In this document: positions 43,943 through 55,850 of the stretch, piece by piece | Position numbering within the stretch: the stretch's first letter is position 1 | How the letters are laid out: every line of letters begins with the position of its first letter | Source: an uncultured Nitrososphaerales archaeon | GTDB lineage: Archaea > Thermoproteota > Nitrososphaeria > Nitrososphaerales > Nitrososphaeraceae | Reading direction: 5' to 3' | Assembly (NCBI GenBank): GCA_963695855.1 | Contig: CAVOHZ010000008.1 | Location: 256,001 to 320,000 of the forward strand | Length of the DNA: 64,000 bases | Program-made: the position numbers and the translations under genes | Notes under the pieces: model-generated | What the model was told of the DNA's origin: nothing | The model's input: the letters and a program-made list of their open reading frames with translations, nothing else | Database searches by the model: none

Positions 43943-44672
43943 GGTGCTGTTAACTTAAGTTGGTTCGTCTCCTAATTTGAGGGATAGAGTTTCATTTCTC
44001 ATTCCTGAATTATAGAAATATACAAATAATTTCATGCAATTGTAAATATGTGATAGACCACAATTTTTCTTTATTGTTATTGTTCTTACAAGGATAGTAA
44101 TCATCAGAAGATTCAATTCTGTCCTTGAAATATTGCTTTACCCTTTCAATCAAACTCTTTTCTATGGTGAATGCAAGCGATGTTTCAAATGTAAGAAATG
44201 ACATGCTTGTGGATACCAAGTACCACCATCTGTATAAACTATATGTCTTCCATATTTGTCAACCAAAGAATTGATAAAATTATTTGCTACAATCATGTTT
44301 CTCTCTTCTGAAATATAGATTCCAAGTACAGATCTATGAATCGGTTCGATTACAATCCATAACAAAAAATGTTGACCACCAATCTGAATTATAGTTTCAT
44401 CTATGATGAATACAGATATTCTTCTGTGTTTGTTATATATTTGGCATGAACCAAATCGTTGAATCTACTCGCACACAGCAACATAACTTCTTTTTTTGTT
44501 CCTTAAATGGTTCCAATGCATTAGACGTATTTCGTAGACTGAGGCCAAGAAAGTATAGATAAAGAGAATACATTACCATAACTGTGGATGTTCTATTTCT
44601 AATGAATTTAATAAGCATAGATTAGAAATAATACATTAGCATCTAAATCTATTTCCTTAAATTAACAGGTAC
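43943..44672 (-). pseudogene. IS6-family element, frameshifted
   Basis: Three partial ORFs; inverted repeat GGTGCTGTTAACTTAAG at 43943. Confidence 0.85.
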
Positions 44673-44863
44673 AATTAGTGTGTAGCTTAATTCAACAATA
44701 ATAAATTTTATTCATAAACAAATTATGCTACAACAATATGAACTTGTTATATAACATTATCTTTACAGTAGTCGCCATCCTTTGCATACTAAATTTTTTT
44801 GATAGTAAATGTTCGACCAATACACGTTTTAACGATGAAAAGAGATTATATAATTTTCTCAAT

Positions 44864-45166
44864 TTATCTACTACATGTAGGAAGTAAATCTAAATGAAAT
44901 TTAGAATCCTCTTGATCGACTAATGTCCACCTTCCATACGTTATAGTATCTACTTTAAGACGAATAATCTTGCCTAATCTATCGGTAAAAATATTGACTA
45001 CGTCGTCTATTGTACTATTTCGGAGTTTCATTCTAATCTCTTCAATGGTAAATTCGATATCCGTTTCGTGCCTTTTAGGACTTGTATCATGATCATTCAT
45101 AATCACACTATGTACGTGTCCTTTTTTGTCTTTTTTGACGCATTTTATGTAAATGTTATGACTCAT
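44864..45166 (-). CDS. Hypothetical protein, DUF3892-like
   Basis: IYIKCVKKD N-terminus and LDLLPTC C-terminus resemble DUF3892. Confidence 0.5.
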   Translation of the reverse strand: MSHNIYIKCVKKDKKGHVHSVIMNDHDTSPKRHETDIEFTIEEIRMKLRNSTIDDVVNIFTDRLGKIIRLKVDTITYGRWTLVDQEDSKFHLDLLPTCSR

Positions 45167-45729
45167 GATATATACTCACCTCGCTACTAAATATATCATA
45201 TATCAAATAGAGAACGTGAAATTAAATAACCATTTCATATGTAAATGACTTTATATGTTATTTAATAATAATTCTAAATATCGTATCCTATTTTTCAACC
45301 TTCTTAGATACACAATATGAAATTACCTTCGGTTGTAATGCACTACATAAGAGGCAGAAATGCCACTCGATCCGAATGGCCCGTTTTTATCAGTGTTCGT
45401 ATACATGTGTATTTTTATAATATTTGTAATAATGAGTTACTCTCATAGTTTAAAAAATGTATGAGCAAATTGAAACCGCTGAAAGTAATTTAAATAAAAA
45501 TTTGATAGGAATTTTCAAAATATCTAGTCTCAAAAGATACAAGTGCAAATTATCAGAGAAACTGTATCAAAGTTATGTTGATGTTTGCAGATTTTTTACA
45601 GTCAAGAAAATAGGTAAGCAACTTAACAGTAGTAAATTCTTTTGATGATATTATAGCATTTTTGAATACAAGAAGAAAAAACAAAGATGAAGACTTCTAG
45701 TTCTATTATTGTCTAAAACTTATGAATCG

Positions 45730-45790
45730 CTACATTAGACTCTTATTTTCGCACCGCTATCGGTGTTACTGTCTCCTGCAGATATTTCAC
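45730..45790 (-). repeat. att-like arm A copy (minus)
   Basis: ATTAGACTCTTATTTTCGCACCGCTATCGGTGTTACT. Confidence 0.88.
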
Positions 45791-45911
45791 CTGTCTATAC
45801 TTTTAAAGTATCCAAAATCAATCTTATCAAGTTCTAATTATGACTATACTATTTTTAAAAATAATTTAATATTTTATATAGATAAACAAAAGAAGAATAT
45901 GACGATATTTA

Positions 45912-46607
45912 TCACATAACAATTAAGCGATTAACAATTCCATATACTTGCTGATTTCCAAAATGATTTCCTGTATCTTTATCATCTGGGTCAATAGTTA
46001 TTGTATTGCCTTTAGAAATGGTTATTGATACTTCTGCATGACTCCATCTAGTTATGCCATTTATTTTAATATCAGCGGTTCCATTTATTGATAAACTGTT
46101 ATTACTATTATTATCTGATGTAGATAGAATTATCACGCCTCCATCATCTTCATTTGCACTAAAGTTTGTTATTTGATGAATATGTCCCATTGAACCATCC
46201 ATAGGCGATGCCAAAAAACTTGCTTCAAAGTTTGTTACATTTCCATTATGGACATTTAAAATCCAGTCTCCAGTTAATATTACTTTGAATGCATTTGTTA
46301 TATTGAATTTATCTTCAGGAACTGTTATAACTAAAGAGCTTATTGTTCCTATAGCAGAAAAAGTTGTGCTCCTATTGCTATTACTACTACTATTTATTAC
46401 AGATTGAGTATTTAGATTCATTTTTTGATTTGTATCTTTATCTTTTTCCATTTGAGCAAATACAATAAATGATGATTCATAATCACCATAATTGTTTCTA
46501 ATCATGGCAAATGTAACTATAGATAATGATAGCACAAGGAATATTGTCGTTATAACTTTAGTTATAGTATTGAATGATGATGACGACAATACTCTTGTTG
46601 TAAACAT
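45912..46607 (-). CDS. Secreted thaumarchaeal hypothetical protein
   Basis: N-terminal TM; ILTGDW...DGSMGHIH...NHFGNQQVYG pattern. Confidence 0.75.
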   Translation of the reverse strand: MFTTRVLSSSSFNTITKVITTIFLVLSLSIVTFAMIRNNYGDYESSFIVFAQMEKDKDTNQKMNLNTQSVINSSSNSNRSTTFSAIGTISSLVITVPEDKFNITNAFKVILTGDWILNVHNGNVTNFEASFLASPMDGSMGHIHQITNFSANEDDGGVIILSTSDNNSNNSLSINGTADIKINGITRWSHAEVSITISKGNTITIDPDDKDTGNHFGNQQVYGIVNRLIVM

Positions 46608-46839
46608 TATTATCGTTATTCTTAATTCTATTATAAATATCTAAAATAATTAGCTTATTATATGGTAAACTAAAGATGTAAATTTCTATTATACTTCTTA
46701 CCGTCCTTTATATTAGACTTTACCTAAGAAAAGTTATTATCCTTCTTGTTTCCTTTCTAATAAAACATGTAATTTTTCATCATTCATTATCTTTTCAAAT
46801 AAAAAAGGAACATAGAAAACAAGAAGTGACTGATAACTG

Positions 46840-46945
46840 ATAATAAAATCTAAATACAAGATAGTAGTATCTCTACAATAAACTCTTATTTTTGCACCGC
46901 TATCGGTATTACTCCCAACGGGCCCAACGTTTCCTCGGGCACTAC
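46840..46945 (-). repeat. att-like site (minus): left arm, core, arm A and arm-B tail
   Basis: ACTCTTATTTTTGCACCGCTATCGGTATTACTCCCAACGGGCCCAACGTTTCCTCGGGCAC. Confidence 0.9.
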
Positions 46946-47058
46946 TTTGTTTTAGACCCCCTTGAGTTTCTATCTATCTATCTAATGTTGTTATAGTATA
47001 ATGAAATTGAAGATTATATCATTATACATATATAATTTTATTAGTCTAGTAATATGCC

Positions 47059-47262
47059 TTGCGAATGTTAGATAAAACCAATACAGAAAATATCCCTAAT
47101 ACGAGTTGGTGTCCTAGTTGCCTGGAAGAAGGAATTTCTGTTCAATTGGGTCCACGCCTTTACAAGAAAGAGGAATTAATTGATGGTGACCTACCACATG
47201 ATTCTTTTGATTGGCTAGAGTGCCGTGATTGCGGTCATATAGTCAAAGATTATTTTAATTAA
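47059..47262 (+). CDS. Small zinc-finger protein, copy 2
   Basis: Near-identical to 22756-22959. Confidence 0.75.
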   Translation: MRMLDKTNTENIPNTSWCPSCLEEGISVQLGPRLYKKEELIDGDLPHDSFDWLECRDCGHIVKDYFN

Positions 47263-47274
47263 TTAACTAATTTA

Positions 47275-47405
47275 TTACTCTAGTGATATTTTGTTACCGA
47301 ACATGGATAAGGTAACTGTTCAACTCCCGACTGGCCCGTAGTTTTCTACGGCCCACTATATACGATAAATATTATTTATGCATCATCTGCTTTAGAGACT
47401 AATAT
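47275..47405 (-). repeat. att-like site (minus): long left arm, core and arm C
   Basis: GTTCAACTCCCGACTGGCCCGTAGTTTTCTACGGCCCACTAT...TCTGCTTTAGAGACTAAT. Confidence 0.88.
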
Positions 47406-48091
47406 GTTTTTAGAGTTTAAAACCGATAAGATACACAAAATTCATATAATAAATGGAGATTTATAATACTGCAATATATTATTTTATAAAAACACTCCAC
47501 AATAAAAAAAATTATTATGAATAGGAGAAAGGATTTGTCTGCTAGAATTGACAATTAAAAAACATAAGCTAGTTGGTGTAGAAACTGTCTTTTCTATATC
47601 AAGAATATTTGGAAATATGTTACTCCCATTACACTCTTTTTATTCTAAGTTTACATCTGTCTAACATTTCATCTACAGTGTCAGTATCATTTTTGTTTTA
47701 TGCATTTCATTCAATTATTTTAACTAGTTTTATGCTAAATTTTTTTATCCGGTTAAAAATAAGGATAGCATCTGTTCCATCAAAAAAACAACAATAGGAA
47801 AGAAAGAAACAGATAATTCGATATGAAAAAGAAAAGGTAAGGATTACAAACTTTGATATTGTAATTACGAATGATGTAAATTTTGATTCAAGTTAGAGCA
47901 AATATGTTAAACGTTATTATAGTAATCATTAATTGTCAAGCTTCATACGATCAATATGTTATTTTAAGACTGATAAAAACACTTATGGATTATGAAACAA
48001 AAAATTTTGATTCTATAAATAATTCCAAAATTCTAATACATAGAGAATATCTTTTTACATAATTGATAAAAATAATTTGTTTGTTTGATAA

Positions 48092-49024
48092 TTATTGACA
48101 GAATTTTCTTAGTTCTTTAACAAATTCAATAGTTTTGTTTACATCATAATTTTTTTCTGCATTCATGGCAAGAATTACTCTATCTACGCCAGATCTTTCG
48201 AGCATAGATAAATCAGAACCAATTTCATCAATTGTTTCTCCAGTCATAGGAGACCGATTACTTTTTTTTTCAGAGCTACTTCCCACAAGATAAGGAAATG
48301 TTAAAATAGTTAGATCAAAATCCTTCCTTTCTCTTGTACTTTTTTTAATCGAATCATTGAACATTTTAATGGAATTTTCAAAATATTCAAATGATCCTGC
48401 TAAGGTTCCTATATAACCATCTCCATATTTTATCATACGCTCAAACGTCTTTGGCGAGAAACCCCCAAGAAAAATTTTAGGGTGAGGTTTTTGAATAGGC
48501 TTTGGATCAATTATTGACTTCGGAATTTTGTAAAAGTCTTCATTAAATTCTACAATGTCTTCTGTCCATACCTTTTTCATAGCTTTGAGAATTTCGTTTG
48601 CTCTTTCTCCTCTTTTCTCATAAGGAATATTAGCGGCAAGATACTCATCTTTTGACCATCCAATACCAAAACCACAGATTGTCCTACCTTCAGATAAAAT
48701 GTCTATTGTAGTAAACTCTTTAGCAAGTGTTATAGGATTATGAAAAATCATATCAATAATACAAGTTCCTAAATTTACCTTTGTTGTATTAGCCGCAATA
48801 AATGCTAATGTTGTTAATGGATCTAAAACATTCTTAAAAAATTCAGGCCATTCTCTTTTATCTGGAGTCCCGGGATACGGCTGTTGGGGATTGAGAGCAT
48901 ATAGCATTCTATCATATACCCAAAGTGATTCAAATCCTTCTTGTTCTGCAAGTTGAACAAATCTAATTAGATTTTCTTTAGTAGCATTTATGCCAAATTG
49001 AGGAACAGCTAATCCTACTTTCAT
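48092..49024 (-). CDS. LLM-class F420-dependent oxidoreductase
   Basis: AEQEGFESLWVYD, LDPLTTLAFIAANT, LSEGR...GIGW, PKPIQKPHP. Confidence 0.92.
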   Translation of the reverse strand: MKVGLAVPQFGINATKENLIRFVQLAEQEGFESLWVYDRMLYALNPQQPYPGTPDKREWPEFFKNVLDPLTTLAFIAANTTKVNLGTCIIDMIFHNPITLAKEFTTIDILSEGRTICGFGIGWSKDEYLAANIPYEKRGERANEILKAMKKVWTEDIVEFNEDFYKIPKSIIDPKPIQKPHPKIFLGGFSPKTFERMIKYGDGYIGTLAGSFEYFENSIKMFNDSIKKSTRERKDFDLTILTFPYLVGSSSEKKSNRSPMTGETIDEIGSDLSMLERSGVDRVILAMNAEKNYDVNKTIEFVKELRKFCQ

Positions 49025-49085
49025 ATCTATTATTAATTTTTATACTATAAAGACATAATGTAATCAATATTAGTATCTATTTTTC

Positions 49086-49526
49086 TTAATTAGAATATTT
49101 CCAACTTATAGTCTTTTGAATATCAATTATAATGCAAATGTCTCCAATTCCTACCATTTTTTTATACTGAAGATATTTTTCTGACAATAGTGAATGAGCT
49201 TTTTCTATCGTATCTCTATCTTTTAACCTATTTACTATTTTTGCTTTACCTTGGATTATTAAATAAGAAAGATTACTCCAGTCTTTATCGTCATATGTAT
49301 CAATTAGAAAAGAAATATTAGGATTTTTTTGTATATTTTTTACTCTTTTTAACTGGTTTGAATTTACCCTTTTAGGTTTGTCATCTATTGGAATGAAGAT
49401 ATTATTACCATCAAATGCAAATACCACGGGTATTAGGTAAGGTTGATTAATCTCAGGATCTACTGTTGCTAATCTGGCTATTTTTGAATTATTCAAATTT
49501 TCTAATGTTTTTCTGTTTTGCATCAA
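49086..49526 (-). CDS. PPOX-class (pyridoxamine 5'-phosphate oxidase-like) probable F420-dependent enzyme
   Basis: ARLATV, PYLIPVVFA, IDDKPK, LKRVKNIQKNP, DWSNL. Confidence 0.88.
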   Translation of the reverse strand: MMQNRKTLENLNNSKIARLATVDPEINQPYLIPVVFAFDGNNIFIPIDDKPKRVNSNQLKRVKNIQKNPNISFLIDTYDDKDWSNLSYLIIQGKAKIVNRLKDRDTIEKAHSLLSEKYLQYKKMVGIGDICIIIDIQKTISWKYSN

Positions 49527-49839
49527 TCTACTGCTATAGAAAAGATCTATAACTTAAATTTTTATACTTGTGATTTTTTATATGATAAAATCTTTTATCT
49601 ATAATTTAGATAGAACAACAAATAATATAAAAACATAATAGATGTTTTCCACTTGCTCCCATTAACTAAATGGAGTCCATACTTCCAAATAGGTATATTT
49701 AATATGTTACTAAAGTACTTTATATTATAAAGATTAAATGGGACCAGATAACTTAAATGGGTTCACTACTGTTGATCAGCTAGATTTGTGGGATTTGAAT
49801 GCTTCTATAAAGTGGGGATAGATATTTTCTAATATTAGT

Positions 49840-50889
49840 TGTTGTACTTACACAGATAGGTAACAGATTCACTTACCAACATGGGTAACACTTTTTATCT
49901 GCTTATTTGTTTTGATATTCTTACAACTATTTAATCTTCCTTTCATAAGAAACATTTCAGATGGTGTGTGACCATTGATTCCACCATGTTCTCTTGTTTC
50001 ATTGTATGCTTTGACAAACATGGAATATCTTCTCTTTCCTTCTTCTCTGTTGGAAATATTTTCTATTGCCAAAAATTCATTTTTGACTATCTTGTTATAT
50101 GCTTCAATTTTACCCTGTAGTTGTGGATATCTAGCAGGTATGGATTTATCTTTAATGTTGTTACGTTGTAGAAAACGTCTGAAGATTTTGGATGTAAGCT
50201 GTTTACCATTATCATGCATTATTTTGTGAGGTTTACCATTCTCTACTATGTAGTCTTCCAGTACCTGTAGTACATCTACACTTCGTTTTCTTTCAGACCA
50301 GTCACTTGTTACCTTTCTTGAACAGTCATCTTCACAACTGATAAAATAGTTCTTTTGAGTAGAATTCTCAAGGTAAAATGGTCCTAAAATGTCCATCTGT
50401 ACCATTTGATTGGGTTTTTCCATTGCAAATCTTTTGTATTTTCTATTTCTGATCTTGCATCTTAGTATGTTCAGTCCATGTCTTTTCAGTATCTTGTAGA
50501 TGGTTTTTGTACTGAAGGAGATATCATTCAGTCGTCTTAACCTGAACCTTATGCGATTGCAACCAAATCTTTTTGTTACACGTAAATCCAATATTTCCTG
50601 TTCTATCTCATTTGTTACTTTTCCAGGTTGTATATTATATGGTTTCCTACTTTTATCCCGTAAACCGTCTATTCCATTCTCAAGGTACCTGTTCTTCCAT
50701 TTGTAGTATGACTTTCTAGATGTATGATATCTATTACAGATATTAGTTACAGTATCTCCAGTCGACTCTTTCTCATGAATTAAATTAAATTTTGTTTGTA
50801 ATTCTATTTTTGTATACACTTCCTAGCAGATTAGGAAGTGTTACCTATCTCGGTAAATGAAATTGTAACCTATGTTGGTAAGTACAACA
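49840..50889 (-). mobile_element. Intact IS481-family element; transposase 49869-50819
   Basis: Ends TGTTGTACTTA...TAAGTACAACA; 6-bp target duplication ATTAGT at 49834-49839 and 50890-50895; HTH plus QMD/HDNG/GKIE integrase core. Confidence 0.93.
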
Positions 50890-51202
50890 ATTAGTTATTA
50901 TATTAATTCTAGTCTACTGAAGAGGATCAAATAAGAAAATGGATAAAGTGAATGAAGATGTTAATGGTGACTTAGCAGATAAACTAATTATGTTATTAGA
51001 AGACTACTAACAATACTAAGAACAAACAATATATTTTATCATATTGTCAAAGATTATAATGAAGTTTAAAAAATAATGTATGTTATTTGTACACAAAAGT
51101 ACTATTTTGCAGCAATGCTAGGACAGTAGGATCTATCCTACCAGCATCGGACATGGTGAAGTAATGAGTTGACGTGTCTGCCTATGCTCCATAGGGTTTA
51201 TT

Positions 51203-51237
51203 CTCTTATTATTGCACCGCTATCGGTGTTACTCCCG
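51203..51237 (-). repeat. att-like arm A plus partial core (minus)
   Basis: CTCTTATTATTGCACCGCTATCGGTGTTACTCCCG. Confidence 0.85.
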
Positions 51238-52115
51238 GAATAATAACAAAAACCGACATAGTCAGAGCTATAAAAGACATGAAGGAATGATCAAAGTCAT
51301 TTATAAATTTCCAATATCTCTAAATGATACATGAGCTCGTTTTCTTATCTGATTTAATTGCTTTTTCCTACTTCTGTAATTTAATAACTAGATCCCTTTT
51401 TTGAAATTTATTTAATTGCATATGTGTATTACCATCTAACTACAGTATAGTTAGTTTTGAATGGAGCCCTGTTTTCACCTTGTTCTAACTTGATTTCACA
51501 TATTGATACGATGTTTTCAATTAATACCATCTGATTTCTATTGTCTTTTGTAGTTTCAAGTCATTCGTGAAAAACGTGTAAAATGCTACTGTATTTCAAA
51601 AAAATTTTAAAAAAGTTCGTATTTGAACTAGTTTTCATCTCGTTGAAAGCACTATCATATATCAATTAGCATGAATATGCTGGCTCAATTCTATCGCCTG
51701 CTTGCACATTTTACATAAAGATAGTATAGCTAGTGCTAATAACTTGATATATCATATTTGTTGCCACAAAAGTATCAAAGACAGGATTTGAAAAAAATAT
51801 ACGACTCTGAACATGATACTAATGTAAAGTAAAATTCGGATAGAGAAATTTTCAAATATCTTGTAGCAAAAGACTCGAGTGCAAGTTATCAAAGAAACTG
51901 TACCAAAATTCTGGTAATGCTTGCAGAAATTACTAAGAAAGATAATGCTTATGCCTATCTACATAAAAACATTGATTATTTTTATGGTATAGAAATTTAT
52001 TATATGCATTCAAACTATTATTGATCTAGTATGGTAGTTATAAGACATCTATCTTAATTTAAAATTTTACATTTTGATATTATGCTTATAATAGTAGGAG
52101 AACTAAAATAGATAT

Positions 52116-52511
52116 ATGTCTATACTTTCAAAAACTCTTAGACTACGAATTCCTTCTAATATTATTTACCGCGCTTTAAAGGATACAAGATTAGAAAATC
52201 TTTTTCCTGAATTTTTTATAGGGTTAGAAAGAAAAGTTATAACTGATAAAATAAATAAGGAAGTTAGTTATAATACAATAACTCAAGGAAAACAGATTGA
52301 AATTATTGAAACATTCAAATTTAAAATTTCTAACAATAATGAAACAGTTGTAGAATATATTACAGAGATAAAAACAATAGAAGAGAACAATATAATATTA
52401 GAATCAATAGTACAGACACATGTAGCTAATATTTTATATTCACTTTTGATGCTTGAGACAGGATATATTAATGGAGTATTGGAAAAGAAAAAAATAGATA
52501 ATTCAATATGA
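52116..52511 (+). CDS. Hypothetical protein (possibly SRPBCC/START-like)
   Basis: 131-aa ORF with normal composition; fold guess is inference. Confidence 0.55.
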   Translation: MSILSKTLRLRIPSNIIYRALKDTRLENLFPEFFIGLERKVITDKINKEVSYNTITQGKQIEIIETFKFKISNNNETVVEYITEIKTIEENNIILESIVQTHVANILYSLLMLETGYINGVLEKKKIDNSI

Positions 52512-52569
52512 AAAAGGAAAGGTAAGGATTACAAACTTTGATATTGCCATTATGAATGATGTAAATTTT

Positions 52570-53300
52570 GGGCTGTGTTAATTTAAGCAAATAGTTTTAG
52601 CTGTGAACATCCTATCTCTAATAAATGCTTGTTAAATTCATTAGAAATAGAACATCCACAGTTATGGTAAATTATTCTCTTTATCTATTCTTTCTTGGTC
52701 TCAGTCTACGTAATACTTCCAAAACGTTAGTCATATTTAGAGATGAAAAAAGGAGTTATGTTGTTGTATGAAACTGGATTCAATGATTTGGTTCATTGCA
52801 GATTTACAAGAAAAAAAGAATATAAGCGTTCATCATAGAGGAAACTATTGTTCAGATAGGAAATCATTACTTTTTGGTTATGGATTTCTATTGAACCAAT
52901 TGACAAATTTGTGCTTGGAATCTATATTTTACAAGAGAGAAATATGCATGTTGCTGAGAAATTTATTAGATCATTAGTTGAGAAATACGGAAGACGTCCA
53001 GTTTATACTGATCGTGGAACATGATATCCAGAAGTATGCAATATAATTGGATTAAAACATCATCTACATTCACCTTTAGAGGAAAGTCTGATAGAAAGAG
53101 TGATGCAGTATTTCAAGGATAGGACAGAATGTTTTGATGATTATTATCCATGTAAACAATCTGGAAAAACAGAAGGAGAAGAATGCAATATATTACATGT
53201 ATATAATTGAATCAAGTTATTCATTTATCTGTATAATACAAAGATTAGATAGGAATTCCTTTCAATATTGGGCGTAAAATAATTTTAACTTTACAGGACC
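52570..53300 (+). pseudogene. IS6-family element, inactivated
   Basis: Inverted repeats at both ends; shares lesions with 40958-41682. Confidence 0.85.
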
Positions 53301-53505
53301 GTTTTTAGGTAGGTCTAACAGGTTCTTCTGCAGGATGTGACTCCTACTTTATAAAAGTCTAAAAAACCTCACTGATTTGTGGTCCTAACCCTTGTCTCTG
53401 GAAAACAATAGTCAACAACATAATAACGCGGTTGAAACTGAGTTTTAAGCAATGAGTCCTCCTTTAAATATTATTCTACCAGTTTGATTTGAAGGACAGA
53501 CATGT

Positions 53506-53925
53506 TTAGGATTGGGTTCTTAACTGTTCGGTCAATGAAATCATATCTACCAGATTCCAACGCTCTATGCATTTTGTATCATGAAAAGAAAATACTGTCA
53601 TCCCATTGACTTTGAATTGTTTATCGGTTGGCTTAAGATCCATAAATTCACCTTTGTGTGTGCCAGTTAGGTTGTATCTACATGCAACCTTATTTCCTTC
53701 GATAATGATATCATCAAACATAATTCCTATATCAGGAAATGCTTTCCATAGGAGATAAATGAACTGTTTAAAACCTTCCTTGTTCGCCAGAAGATTTGGA
53801 GGGAAACCATGAATTATCAAGGAGTCATCATAAAAATCAAAATAAGATGATTCTCTTTTCTGCGGATTGTTAAATGTGTCTGCCAATTTTCTCACAACTT
53901 CTCTTAAAGGCTCAAGTGATGACAT
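53506..53925 (-). CDS. SnoaL-like ester cyclase
   Basis: AFPDI...IEGNKVACR...GTHKGEFMDLKPT...IERW. Confidence 0.88.
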   Translation of the reverse strand: MSSLEPLREVVRKLADTFNNPQKRESSYFDFYDDSLIIHGFPPNLLANKEGFKQFIYLLWKAFPDIGIMFDDIIIEGNKVACRYNLTGTHKGEFMDLKPTDKQFKVNGMTVFSFHDTKCIERWNLVDMISLTEQLRTQS

Positions 53926-54072
53926 TATTGAGATATTTATAGCCTTTTTTATAACTTTTTCTTTACCTTCTTTATCTGATATATTGATGACATTGCACTT
54001 TACGCTTTATTATTATGATCGTCAGATTTTTGTACTCGATATTCGTTTGTTAGAAATATAGAGAAGATTATA

Positions 54073-55089
54073 ATGAGCAACATGAGTAAGAAATGCTACC
54101 AACTGGCTCCTGATTTGACAATATGTCGAATACTCAACGGCATGTGGCAGGTCGCAGGTGGACATGGATATGTCAATCCTGAATTAGCAATTGCAGGTAT
54201 GGTGAGATACCATGATGCTGGCTTTACTACTTGGGACCTCGCAGATATTTATGGCCCGGCAGAGGATTTTATTGGGGAGTTCAGGCGTAGATTATTAACG
54301 CTAAAAGGAAAAGAAGAACTCGGCAGAATTCAGTCATTAACAAAATGGGTACCAGAGCCAGGGAAAATTACACGTTCTATTGTTAATGAAAATATAGAAA
54401 GATCACTTCACAGAATGAATGTTAGCTCGTTGGATTTACTTCAATTCCATTGGTGGGATTATAATAATCCGTATTACATGGATGCTCTAAATTACCTTTC
54501 AGACCTTACGAATGAAGGACGAATTAAGCATTTAGGTCTTACAAATTTTGATACTGACCGTATGCAGATCATGACAGATTCGGGTTTACAAATTGTATCG
54601 AACCAGGTTCAATATTCGATCATAGATAGAAGGCCAGAAGTAAAGATGATACCATTTTGTATGGAGCATAACATCAGCCTTCTTGGTTATGGATGCATTT
54701 GTGGAGGGCTTTTATCAGAACGTTATGTAGGAAGAATAGAACCATCTAATGTTGAGTTAGATACATTAAGCTTACGAAAATACAAGAAGATGATAGATGC
54801 ATGGGGCGGATGGAATTTGTTCCAAGACCTTTTATTGACTTTGAAGAGAATTGCGAAAAAGTACAATGTAAGTATCGCAAATGTAGCAACCAGCTATATT
54901 CTTGCCAAGCCTGTAGTAGCAGGAGTTATTATCGGCGTTAGACTTGGAATAGTTGATCACATAAATGATAACACTCAGGTATTCAACTTTAATTTGGACA
55001 AGTCAGATCGTGATGCTATAGATGCAGTATGTGCAAAGGCAAATAACTTGTTTGAGATAATTGGAGATTGTGGTGATGAGTATAGATGA
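54073..55089 (+). CDS. Aldo/keto reductase
   Basis: WDLADIYGPAE, LDLLQFHWW, GLTNF, SNQVQYS. Confidence 0.93.
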   Translation: MSNMSKKCYQLAPDLTICRILNGMWQVAGGHGYVNPELAIAGMVRYHDAGFTTWDLADIYGPAEDFIGEFRRRLLTLKGKEELGRIQSLTKWVPEPGKITRSIVNENIERSLHRMNVSSLDLLQFHWWDYNNPYYMDALNYLSDLTNEGRIKHLGLTNFDTDRMQIMTDSGLQIVSNQVQYSIIDRRPEVKMIPFCMEHNISLLGYGCICGGLLSERYVGRIEPSNVELDTLSLRKYKKMIDAWGGWNLFQDLLLTLKRIAKKYNVSIANVATSYILAKPVVAGVIIGVRLGIVDHINDNTQVFNFNLDKSDRDAIDAVCAKANNLFEIIGDCGDEYR

Positions 55090-55745
55090 TCTGTCTTTTT
55101 GTCTCTTCTACCTATAATGCATGTAGGAAACTGGCATATGGTGATATGTACACATAATCATGAGTTTCATGGCATCTAAACGATTTCGATACTGATCAAT
55201 TCAATTACCAGTGCTATTGTAGAAAATAGTTCGACACTTAATAACATTATTTTATTATATACGGTATGATTTAAGTTAGTCAGATAGCAAAAATGGCAGT
55301 TCAAAACTAGTATTTAACGAATATTTATTCACTCTCGTTAGGGAGGTAATTCTGCAAACCTATATTTGTACTTCATTATAGGAATTTGTTGATGTTGGTA
55401 AATGAATCGTAGCTCTCGATAAATGTCCAAAATAAAAAATAAATTACCATATCAAATTTTTCGGCGCCGAAAAAATAATATTAAAAATATGAAAAAATTA
55501 CTTTCATACAATAATCAGCAGGATGGCTGGACTGGCTCAGATAGATGCCACGCTGTTGTCAGTTACCCATTTTTGGTGTAATGATATGATTACTTCGTAT
55601 TTGTATTATTTATGATATTTGGTAATAAAAAATACTTTTTCATCATGTTATAATTTATCACGTAGAATCAATCGATATTCGTAGACTTATTACTCTTGTT
55701 TATTCGGATATACATGATATGAACTTGAGTTTTCTTAGTACGGTT

Positions 55746-55850
55746 CTAATACCATCTACATGTCAGTCCAATAAAAGGCTGTGTTGCAATTAGAGTTGCT
55801 CCTACAATCATTCCTATGATGCACATGTTGAATTTTGTTAGCTCAAATAT
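55746..55850 (-). CDS. Putative small TM peptide, paralog of 9897-10001 (ATA start, or internal ATG at 55826)
   Basis: IFELTKFNMCIIGMIVGATLIATQPFIGLTCRWY. Confidence 0.42.
   Translation of the reverse strand: MFELTKFNMCIIGMIVGATLIATQPFIGLTCRWY

Noticed and set aside
47300-47345. Complete tRNA gene
   Set aside because: Only the T-loop and 3' strands are present; no D or anticodon arm and no 5' acceptor strand.
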